DNA of 64,000 bases from a virus (Duplodnaviria; Caudoviricetes). The position numbers and the translations under genes are program-made. The notes beneath the pieces were generated by a model. The model did no database searches. It was not told where the DNA came from and saw only the letters and a program-made list of their open reading frames with translations. Shown here one piece after another: positions 48,812 through 58,486 of the stretch. The stretch is from positions 99,913 through 163,912 of IMG/VR virus record IMGVR_UViG_3300010365_001248. One strand, given 5' to 3'. The first letter of the stretch is position 1. Every line of letters begins with the position of its first letter.

Positions 48812-49067
48812 AAATTTTCTTTAAAGTAAAGTAAGATTCTCTCCATAAACTTCTGCTCTTTAGATTATCGAATAAAAACTAAAGAAACTCTTTATCAGGT
48901 AAATCTGCTGTTATTGTATATGTAGGGTATTCATTACCATGAAAATATAAACTGACTTCAAAACCAATAGGATTTAACGCTTTAGCTTCAATTTTACCCG
49001 TGAATTCCATATTGGTCAAGCACCTCACGAAGTCTCGGGTCGCGGTAATCACGTCTTCTTTCGTCAT
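48798..49067 (-). CDS. Small conserved protein between terminase and portal (TAG=Gln)
   Basis: 270 nt after read-through of TAG at 48879; ends TGA. Confidence 0.65.
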
Positions 49068-51777
49068 AATATTCTCTATTTATTTCTACTCGCATCTACT
49101 GTTGATTTTGTAATTTGCCAAATTTAGTATGACCATTAATGTCAGTATAATAACCAAAATGTTCAAAGACAGCATCATCTTTTTCAACTACAAAAGGTAT
49201 TTTTCCTGATAATTCTTCATCAGCAAGTAGTGCCATTGCCAAAGCAGCTATAATATCAAACTTAGTTTTATTTTCGTCATTATATCTGATTAATTCATCA
49301 AGTAAATTTTCAAACCAAATAGTATGACTATAGTCTTCAACATGTCCTGCAATTAAATCTGTTTGATGATCAATTATAGCGGCTGTAGCAGGTGTACCAT
49401 AAGATGTAGATTTACCTGAACTAACATTAGCTAAACTAGCTCTAGGTCTTTTCATAAAGTATTGTAAACTATCGTGTTCACGTGCCCAAGTTACCAGAGA
49501 CATACGGGTTGCTTCTATATTTATTTTAGCATTATAATATCTAGCTAAACAAATACCTATTTTAAAAGCCTCTCTTACATCTTGAGGTCTATCTTTATAA
49601 ATACATACTATTTGAGGATCAGAAAGTCCGTGGGCTCTTTTATAAATAACCATACAAAAATCAGATGGGTCTTTAGTAGCTGAAGAAGTTTGACTTTTAC
49701 CAATATCAATACCATCTATACCTGCCACATAAAGATTCTACATTTCTTGAGTTTCACAGAATCCTTCATCATTTTTATGAGCTTGTATATAAATACTTGA
49801 CCATAAAGGATGCTCTAAAATCTAAATTGGTCCATTTGTATTTTCTATCCATCTAAATCCTGTAAGATTTTTAAAATCTTTCTTATTTCCTTTAAAAGTA
49901 TAATCTAAATAACCTTTAACAGGTCTTGGTCCGACTTTATGTAATTTTATTTGGGCAAGTTGATTTGTAATCAACATTTTATTAAATTTATTCTGACCTT
50001 CTAATTGGAAAGCTTCTTCAGCTGTCCAACAACGTTCAGCACATTTCTTTTGATAATTTTCAGGATCAGAAAGTAAAAAATCTCTTTCTTCTTGAAGAAA
50101 TTTTTTATATTCTTCTATTTTAGCTAAACCTCTACCTGCCTGAAATTCAGGTAAAAGTGCCTATTCATAATAAGGAATGAAAAAGCCAGTTTCTACAACT
50201 GTACCATCAGGAGTCATATCGTGTCTATATGGTAATACTTTAAAAGCTCTTGGGTTTTCATAAATTTTACGTAAACCTTCTAGGGCTTTACCTTTATCAC
50301 CACCTGTCAATTATGTTATCATAAAAGCTTTTTATCTTTTATTTCTTACAATTTGATTCTTGTAAGTTCAGCGTACATTTTCACATAAAATGTGTCGGGC
50401 ACTCTTGGCAATATTATATTCTTATATTTATAAGGTTCAATTGCTACGCGTTACATTGTTTAAATATATTATTATTTAAATTAACACGGTATTAGCGTCT
50501 CAGCCTTCACCGTTTTTACCCGATTAGTCGAGGCACATTATTAATAAATATATTATATTTTTTAGTCATAAAGTTACTAATATTTTTAATAATTTATATA
50601 AATCCACCACCAATTAGTAGAGTCCCTCTTGGAACTCCTTGAATTTCAACAAGTTCCTGACCTTGTACAAAAGAAGTAGTTAGTACTGGATTAGAACCAG
50701 CCTCATCAATAATTAATAAATCAACACGATCACCTCGAATAACACCAGGATCTTTACTTCCAACGCCACGTACTTCAGATCCCCATCCGTATTCCTCAAA
50801 CTAACCCTATTCATTTTTTTGAAAGAATCCAGCTTTTTTATGCATATCTCTATCAATAGAATAAAGATTTGCCATACCTCCATCTGTTTCTGTATTTAAA
50901 TATGTTAATGCGTGCTTAATTTTAGCAAAAGTTCCCTATACGTGATCATCTCGATAACAAGTTATTAATGTTTTACTTTTTTCTATTATAGAAAATAATC
51001 TAGCTGTAATTGATGCATTGATTTCTGAAAATCCTCAAATTGTTATCCTATAGGCTTTTTATCCTATAGTTCTTATAGTTTCCTATAAGTTCAGCATATA
51101 TTTTCATCCTAAATAATAGGATGTTCCGAACTCGTGGGCAAATTATTACTCTCTTTAACGTTCATTGCCTATGCGTTACAGGCGTCAGTGATTAACTGTA
51201 CGTCCTCGGTATTAGCATGAAATATTTTAGCTTTTACCGATATTTCGGAATTTTTCAATCTATATTACTATAGAAAGCGACAAGATTTTATCGAACGGGC
51301 TTTCATTAAACAACAATGTTTATGAGCTTTTCTTGCTAAAGCTAAATAATGAAAAAATTTATATTGAGAAACAAAAAAATCAGGAAATCCATATTTTAAT
51401 CCAGAACCAGAATCTACAGTAGCATCTGCTAAAGGTAATGTATAAAAATTCAAAAAGAAATAATGATCTCCTGTTAAAGTATAACCATGAGAAGTATATC
51501 CATATTTACATCTTTTATACTATTCAATCCAATATTCATCATATCGTTTACTTCCCCTCAGATATGGACAATAATGCCCAGTTTTTTCTTTTACTCTACG
51601 TGCTTCCATAAACCATTCGGGATTAAAGTCAAGAGCTTCTATATCAGTAATAGGTTTATACCCAGTACATTCATAAGAAAGTGTGGGATCAAATACCTCA
51701 ATTTTATCGTTTATAGTAAAATCCCAAATTCCTTTTGCATGATCTTCTGCACGTTTTAAAGCTGCTAAATCCGTCAT
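48994..51777 (-). CDS. terL: Terminase large subunit, 3 exons (51777-51290, 51035-50606, 50307-48994), 743 aa (TAG=Gln)
   Basis: Splicing rebuilds Walker A region KARSIGFSE, Walker B LIIDEAG, GGTGGD; nuclease YVAGIDGID. Confidence 0.92.
50308..50605 (-). mobile_element. ORF-less group I intron 2 in terL (298 nt)
   Basis: Core GCTAATACCG, TGTAACGCGTA/TACGCTGAAC; removal restores IGG|TGGD. Confidence 0.85.
51036..51289 (-). mobile_element. ORF-less group I intron 1 in terL (254 nt)
   Basis: P1 CGAU/GUCG; core GCTAATACCG, TGTAACGCATA/TATGCTGAAC; removal restores the Walker A region. Confidence 0.9.
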
Positions 51778-51779
51778 AT

Positions 51780-52340
51780 TTAAATATTATAAGGATGAAA
51801 TCCATCTACTTGACCTGCACGTATTGTAGAACCTTCTTGTAAATCCTATTTTACTATTTCTTCAAGTTCTTTTAAAGTCTAATGACATTTATTTATATTT
51901 TGCATTTCGGCAATAACGTCTTTGGCTTTAAAAATAGTTGTTCCTGTATCAGTTCTTTCATTTAAATCCACAATATCTTCAAAATATTCAATTAATTTAT
52001 CTGCTGCAGTTTTTGCAGCAGATAATAATTTAATTGATTTATTTGAATCTTGTAAGGCTTGATATTTTCTACAAGCTGCTCTAAATATAGGATCATCAAA
52101 TTCTTCCTATGATAAAGCAGCATCAGAAAGAGCTTCTTCATGTCTTTCTTGTTCAGAATAATCACGATAAGGAGAACTCCAATCTATAGCTAAATAAATA
52201 TAAGTAAGTTCTCTCATCATTCTTGTTTTTAGCTTAGTCTTGTCTCTTTTAGAAAGAGCTACAAATTCCTTAATTAATAAAACTTCAGGTTCATTAATTT
52301 CAATTTGCTTTGTAAGCTAATTAAGCACAAACATTTTCAT
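51780..52340 (-). CDS. Conserved helical protein upstream of terL (TAG=Gln), absent from ORF track
   Basis: MKMFVLN...LLIKEF...ELTYIYLAIDWSSPY...AACRKY; 561 nt. Confidence 0.7.
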
Positions 52341-52354
52341 AATAAATAATTTTT

Positions 52355-54181
52355 TTATTTTCTTTTACGTAATCTTTCAGGTACTCTACCATATTGTTGA
52401 AAATCAAGGGCTTCTTGTTCAGCTTGCTCTTGATTCCAATCAGGACGAACTTTATATAAACCTGACTGAGGATCATAATATTTTTCAGGAGTAGTAATTA
52501 TATCCATAAGCTCTAAATCTTTGTATAAAAAATCTCTTCCTTTTCTTTCTATAGCTTCGTCTGATGTTTCAGGACGTGTAATATATCCTTGAGTAGGATT
52601 ATAATCATACACAGGTTGACGTTGCTCATGACGTAATTGATAACCTAGATATAATTTATCTAAATCTCTACCAGTCATATAAACAGGATCTCCTAAAGTA
52701 TCAGTTCCAACAGGAAAACTTTTTCTTAAATATAAAGCTTTTTGTATATCTAAAGGTTGACCTTCTTGAGCTTTTGTTACTTTAGCTCCTCCACAATTTT
52801 TTTGAGCTTTTTGCATACAAGCTTTACAGAATTTACCTCCTTTTTTAAAGTATACTAATTCTTCACCTTCTTTACATGGAGAAGTTAAACTTTTAATATA
52901 AGAAAGTTTTGTACCAAATTTTGCCATAGGAGTTTGCATTGCTTCATCAGCTATTTGGGCTAACTATTCAGGTTTTGCATTTTCTGTTATATTCTATAAA
53001 GCAGCTAAAGTTTCTTGTTTTTTATTTTTCACTTCTTCTTGAATTTTTTGCATTTCTTTATTCTAATTCTCAGAAGTTGGTTTAGTTCCTTTCTTTTCTA
53101 GTCTTTGTCTAGCTAAAACAATTAAAGCTCCTGTTAATATTTTTTGTTGAGCTTTTTGTTTATTAGAAAGTTGATTTCCATTTTGCATCATTTCAATTTC
53201 TCCTCCATTTTTACTGAAATTAATTTTCTAAGTAGGAATAAAATTAGAAATTAATTTCCATAATCCAGTAACTGGATCTTGTGTATATTGAGATTTCATT
53301 ACATCTTGAACTTGTTTAGTAGGTAAATTATTTACAAAAGGCATATATGAAGAAAGAATATCTTCTTCATTTTCCATAGGTAAATTTTTAGCACTAGTGG
53401 GATCAAGTGCACTCAAATAAGTTTTTAGTGCTAATTTGCGTGCCCAATTATCAGTTTGATTAAACTCAGTAAATAAATCATTATATAAATTTGTTTTTTC
53501 AGTATCAGATAATTGTCCAATAGGTTTACCTAAAGCTTGTAATTTACTATCCCATAAATTCTTTACTTCTTGGGCTTGAGCAACTTTATCGTGGTCAACT
53601 TTTTGTTGTAATAGATAAGTTTTAGAAGCATCTATACCATGATCATAACTATTTTGAATATTTTGATCTTTAACAGATTTACCATATCCATTTACAGCAT
53701 TTTCATAAAGACCTCCATTATTCATTCCATAATGGGTAGTATAATAATTTCCTGAGATAGCTCCCATTCCACTATAAATAGCTTGAGGCTTTCCATATTG
53801 ATCTACTACAGTACCTACATATTCCCCAGGAATATTTTCAATAGCCCTTTGAGCTCTACCTGCACGTCTTTCCCAAGAATGTCTTGGATCTTGTCCTGAT
53901 GCAACTCTCATACTATCTTGAACAGCTCTCCATTCTCTTCTAGAAAGATTATTAATTCCTAAAGATTGTCCATATTTACGAAAATCTCGTCTAGAATCTA
54001 ATAATCGTGGATCCATTGCAGTATTAGCTACTAAGCGACTCAAAGGAGAATTAGAATTAGCAGCTGCAGCCATAGCTTCATTGCTAACTTTATGTCTCAT
54101 ATAGTTACCTGCAAAACCCCTAGCACGGATTCCGCTATTTGGATCATATTGAGCTGTTGCTTCTTGATTATTAATGTACAT
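52355..54181 (-). CDS. Virion cargo-like protein, ~608 aa (TAG=Gln)
   Basis: Joins 53228-54181 and 52355-52939; AKFGTKL...CKEGEELVYFKKGGKFCKAC. Confidence 0.7.
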
Positions 54182-54401
54182 CTATTTTTTCTAAATCTTT
54201 AAAATTAAAAACAGCTTCTTGCATTAAATTAGAAGTTGTAAACCATCTACAACGTATTCCTTTTAATTTAGAAGCTTCATCTGTAGTTAGTAAATTATTT
54301 TCTTTACGTATTACTAACATTAAAGGAGATGGAATTAGATCATGCTATTTTAACCTAACTACATCTCCTGGAGTAAAAAATATTTTATTAACGTTTTCCA
54401 T
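54171..54401 (-). CDS. DUF2158/YodC-like small protein (TAG=Gln)
   Basis: FTPGDVVRLK...PLMLV...RCRWF...VFNFKDL. Confidence 0.65.
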
Positions 54402-54942
54402 ATTCACGTGTTTCTAAATCTGTATTAACTACAGCTAATACTCTACCTTCATGAATCTCAATCCATCCTTGATGGAAGAAAGGAATAGGAATTGCACTCT
54501 GAACTGTGTAATAAACTACATCTCCTTTCTTTACATATTTACAAGCAGGACCAGTTTCTAGAACCATACCTGTTACAATTCCAAGGTCATCTTTATCCCA
54601 CTCACCAGATTCTTGACTGAAGTGTTCACCTACACCCTGATCAAATAAAATAAGTCCAGACTCTGTTTTTCTTTCTCCCATAAAAGGATTAGTACTATAA
54701 GGCTGGATTAATACATATTCTCCATAAGGCTTTAATGCTAGTTCTTCTAAACTAGCTCCTAGATTTTCAATAGTTTGTTCTGCAATTTTTTTATTTTTTT
54801 CTAGTTCTTCTGCTTTTTTACTAATAGCTTCTTCTATTTTAGTACGCTGTTGTCTCTTTTCAATAGAATCTTTATCAAGAGGGGGAAATACACTAGATGC
54901 AGACATTAAAAGATCGCCTGCTATTTTTTCCTTTTCAGTCAT
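54388..54942 (-). CDS. groES: Co-chaperonin GroES-like protein
   Basis: LKPYGEYVLI...KTESGLIL...GMVLETGP...VKKGDVV. Confidence 0.8.
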   Translation of the reverse strand: MTEKEKIAGDLLMSASSVFPPLDKDSIEKRQQRTKIEEAISKKAEELEKNKKIAEQTIENLGASLEELALKPYGEYVLIQPYSTNPFMGERKTESGLILFDQGVGEHFSQESGEWDKDDLGIVTGMVLETGPACKYVKKGDVVYYTVQSAIPIPFFHQGWIEIHEGRVLAVVNTDLETREYGKR

Positions 54943-55208
54943 AAATTATTATCATTTAAATTATTATTAATATCTTTCCATTTATTTTCTGGACAATTTT
55001 CGTTATCTACACGTATTTTACTATTTAAAATACAACCACATAAATCACATATTGCAAAACCTTTATAAAATTTATTATGAGAACAAGTTATACAAATTTT
55101 ATATCTTTGTTTAGCAAGATCATCTTTTTCATTAAATATATTTCTATAAGTACCTAAAAATATATTCTTTAATTTTTTTAAACTGAGTTCCATTTGTGAG
55201 CTGGGCAT
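54939..55208 (-). CDS. Small Cys-rich putative Zn-binding protein
   Basis: ICITC...CDLCGC...CPENKW. Confidence 0.7.
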   Translation of the reverse strand: MPSSQMELSLKKLKNIFLGTYRNIFNEKDDLAKQRYKICITCSHNKFYKGFAICDLCGCILNSKIRVDNENCPENKWKDINNNLNDNNL

Positions 55209-55396
55209 GAAGATTTAGGATTTTCTATTTTTTGCTTTAAAAAGCAATTACAACCTCTATAATAACCTGGTTTAGGTTTTATACTAGTTTTACCAGATAT
55301 GGGTTCTAAATAGAGTTTTCCATTACATATTTCATTAATTTGATCGCATATAGGGCAAGCTCTACAAATAATAGTGCGTTCCTTTATATAATCCAT
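55178..55396 (-). CDS. Small Cys-rich putative Zn-binding protein (paralog of neighbour)
   Basis: ICRACP...GCNC...CPAHKW. Confidence 0.7.
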   Translation of the reverse strand: MDYIKERTIICRACPICDQINEICNGKLYLEPISGKTSIKPKPGYYRGCNCFLKQKIENPKSSCPAHKWNSV

Positions 55397-56214
55397 TAAT
55401 AAACTATTTTTTGTCTTTTTTCTTTATTACAATCTAGTTTATATTGTTTTTTATAATATATTAAAAGTTTTTCAACTTCTTCTTTTAAATAGTCTACAAC
55501 ATAAATTTTTTGTTTAATACCTTTAGGATTAAAATGCACAATAATTAATTTATTTATTTCTAAATTAGGATTTATTTGTTGTAGCATATAGGCATAAATA
55601 CTTAATTGAAGTGTATAATGTTTAATATTAATATCTTCAATAGAAGTTAAAGGAAATTTCATTTTAATAATATTTTTAATTTTCTAATTAAAATGTCCTC
55701 GTTTATCCATATGTTTAACAAATTTATAATCCCAGATATTAACTTTATTGTTTTTAATGGAAACTAAATCTGGTTTTCCATCTAATATATAAGTGCCTAG
55801 ATCTAGTTGCAGGTATAATTCTGAATACAATCCGTCCGCTAAAGTATTTAGATTTGTAGGTGAAGTTTTATAAGTATAAGTTTCATCGAATTCTAAATCC
55901 TATAGTTTAGTATTTTGTTTAAAAGCTTCTTCAAATTCTTTATGTTTCTTTATACCATTATCACAGGCTTCCTGTCTTTCAGCTTCCCATTGTTTTAAAA
56001 TTTTCTATCTTGTAGATTCATACTCATCTAAATCAACTAAACCTTCTAAAGAAGGTAACTATTTATTTTCAAGTATTTCTTTTCTTATAGGTTGCCACTA
56101 TTCTGCTGGAAGCAAAGATTCTAAAGCTCTGTACCCAGACCATAGGTCACTATCAAAAGGATGTTTAAATTTTTCTATTAATTCTGTTACATGAACAATA
56201 TTACTTTGATGCAT
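55396..56214 (-). CDS. PD-(D/E)XK nuclease (TAG=Gln)
   Basis: GKPDLV...IWDYK...HYTLQLSIYAYML; 819 nt. Confidence 0.8.
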
Positions 56215-56230
56215 AAATATTTACAATAAT

Positions 56231-56935
56231 TTATTGCAAGATTATATCTTCACTTTGTCTTGTAGGATCTAAATTTTGATTTAAAGCATAAATATCATAA
56301 TTATCTTCAGAAGATTGATATTCAAATACTGCAAAATTAGAACCCATAATTCTTTTTGGAGCATCTAAAACTGAAGGAATACTAATCCACATAGTTACAG
56401 GATCTGTAGCATTATTTGGTCTTTCAAAGTGTAATTGCCCTTTATAAGTAGTTCTAATTGGATTATCTACTGATTTAGTTAGTATTTCTGATTCTTGAGC
56501 ATCGGAATTCCAAATAATAGTTTTTATTGCTTCATATTTTGTAATAGTAGCAATATTACTAACTCCTATAACTTGATTATCTGTATCTTTAACAATAATC
56601 TAAATTATACAACTAGAATTAAATTGTTTAGAAATGGTGATATTATTATAAATATCAAAAGCACTACTAGGAATTAATTCTTCAACACTATTTACTAATA
56701 AATAATATGTATAATCTGTACTTTGAGGAAATGTAGAAAATCCTGTAATTTCTATTGAATTATTTCCTAATTGAGAATAAGAATCTGGAGTAATAATAAC
56801 TGTATGAGGTAATTTTTTATCTATTTCGTCTATTACTTCCTTTTTAAGTTTATAATGATACTCAGCCAAAGCTGTAGCATCTATTAATTTTCCATCATAT
56901 TGAGAAATTAATTGATCAAATTCTTGTTTAGTCAT
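56231..56935 (-). CDS. Hypothetical fibre-like protein (TAG=Gln)
   Basis: 705 nt after read-through; LIDATALAEYHYKLK N-terminus. Confidence 0.6.
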
Positions 56936-56995
56936 ATTAATAGTATTAAATTGTTTTTAAATCTGTTAACAATAATTATATAATATTATTTAAAT

Positions 56996-57034
56996 AAAAA
57001 ACGCCCAACTTCACAGTCGGGCGTCTTTTCTTTT
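56996..57034. terminator. Intrinsic terminator, possibly bidirectional
   Basis: ACGCCC...GGGCGT stem flanked by A- and T-tracts. Confidence 0.75.
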
Positions 57035-57221
57035 AGTATTTAATAGATAAAGCATTCATTTTATCTAAAAAATCTAAAAACCATTGTTCATTAATTAATG
57101 AATTGTCTTCAATTTGTTGTATTAACCATTCTATCTTTGCTATTTCTTCTTTTGTTTCATCTTTAAAATTTTGAATTATATCCTTTTTAGATAAAGGATG
57201 CATGATTTCATGTAATTCCAT
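57033..57221 (-). CDS. Hypothetical protein
   Basis: Intact 62-aa ORF downstream of tRNA. Confidence 0.55.
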   Translation of the reverse strand: MELHEIMHPLSKKDIIQNFKDETKEEIAKIEWLIQQIEDNSLINEQWFLDFLDKMNALSIKY

Positions 57222-57240
57222 TAAATATATGATTAATTAG

Positions 57241-57329
57241 TTAGGGAGCTGGGACTCGAACCCAGATCGACGCCTTCAGGGGGCAACCAGATTTAGAGTC
57301 TGTCATAATAACCATTATACCACTCCCCA
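57241..57329 (-). tRNA. Amber suppressor tRNA, anticodon CUA (presumed Gln)
   Basis: Cloverleaf: acceptor UGGGGAG/CUCCCUA, anticodon loop CU-CUA-AA, T-arm CUGGG-UUCGAGU-CCCAG; 21-nt variable region; CCA not encoded. Confidence 0.93.
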
Positions 57330-57331
57330 AT

Positions 57332-57383
57332 ATATTTAATCTATCTTTATGCAAAGATAGATTAAATATTTTATTTTTCCAAA
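57332..57383 (-). promoter_or_regulatory. Bacteroidetes-type promoter (TTTG-N20-TATCTTTG) overlapped by a 17-bp perfect inverted repeat
   Basis: Matches -33 TTTG / -7 TAnnTTTG consensus; arms 57332-57348 and 57353-57369. Confidence 0.8.
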
Positions 57384-57385
57384 TC

Positions 57386-57796
57386 TTATTTAACTATTAG
57401 TTTTTTCAAAGCTACATATTTTTTATGATTTTCATCAAGTGCGGCTTTTACAAAACGATTAGCTACTGTAGTGAACTCTTTAATACCTTCTTGAATAGTT
57501 GCTGGATCATTTGAATTAAATTTCTGATCAATTTTCTTCAACTCACCAGGAGCAAAAGAATCAACTATTTTAGAATAAAGATCTACTTTTGTCAAATCAT
57601 CTAGATATTGATCAAAAGCATCACGAATAATCTTGTTACCATCTTTAGTAGAATCATATTCTACTTTAAGAGAATAACCTGAATCAGAAGAATTTACAGA
57701 TACATTGTATCCGCTATCATTATAATTAAATGACTTTCCTTCTCTAAGTGCTGTAAGGATTTTTTCCTCAATTTCATGTAGCATTTCCATACTCAA
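57386..57796 (-). CDS. Hypothetical protein
   Basis: Intact 136-aa ORF, no TAG. Confidence 0.65.
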   Translation of the reverse strand: MSMEMLHEIEEKILTALREGKSFNYNDSGYNVSVNSSDSGYSLKVEYDSTKDGNKIIRDAFDQYLDDLTKVDLYSKIVDSFAPGELKKIDQKFNSNDPATIQEGIKEFTTVANRFVKAALDENHKKYVALKKLIVK

Positions 57797-57835
57797 GTCT
57801 ACTATATGAAATAGAATTATGAAAGTTAATAAATG

Positions 57836-58462
57836 TTAATTATATACTAAAATTATATAATTAGCTAAAAGTTTTGCCATATCGTCTTTAGTAAATACTT
57901 TTTTAGGCACTCTTGTTTCTTTTGGAATATTTAATTCTACTGGAGTTTCTTGAATATTATCAGGAATTTCTAAAGAAGAATAATCAGAAGAATTAATTAC
58001 AGGATAAAAATCATTATTTAAATAAACAGTTTCTATTTCTTTTTGAGAAGATGGATGTATACTAAGTTGTCCATTATCTAAAAGCCCATTAGTTAAAATT
58101 TGTTTTTCTTGATAAGGTTCAGCACTAATTTGATAAGGATCCTCAGCTACCACGGTAGGTGTTTCTTGAGCTATAATAGGAGATTCTTTAACAACCTCTG
58201 GAGTAATAACTCCTTCAGGTAGTGTTCCCAAATCCCAATCTTGATTTACTTTAGGAGTTATTCTTTTACCAGCTAATTGTTTATTAATTAAAGCCTAAAC
58301 TGCTGCATAATTATCTCCTAAAGCTGCTTTACGAGCTGCCCCATTATCAAATTTACCCTAAATTGTTTGTTTAGCCAATTCTTCTATAGAAGTTCCTGAT
58401 GGTTGCCCTGGACTATTAGGTATTAATTTTACAGTTTTAACTGTAAGTGTTTCTTTGTTCAT
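57836..58462 (-). CDS. CW_7 (Cpl-7-type) cell-wall-binding repeat protein (TAG=Gln)
   Basis: SIEELAKQTI(Q)GKFDNGAARKAALGDNYAAV(Q)ALIN matches the CW_7 pattern; acidic Pro-rich tail. Confidence 0.75.
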
Positions 58463-58486
58463 ATTATTTACACTATTATTTATATA

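Noticed and set aside
46401-51777. Inteins in terminase or portal
   Set aside because: Insertions contain stop codons and group I RNA motifs; spliced lengths leave no room for inteins.
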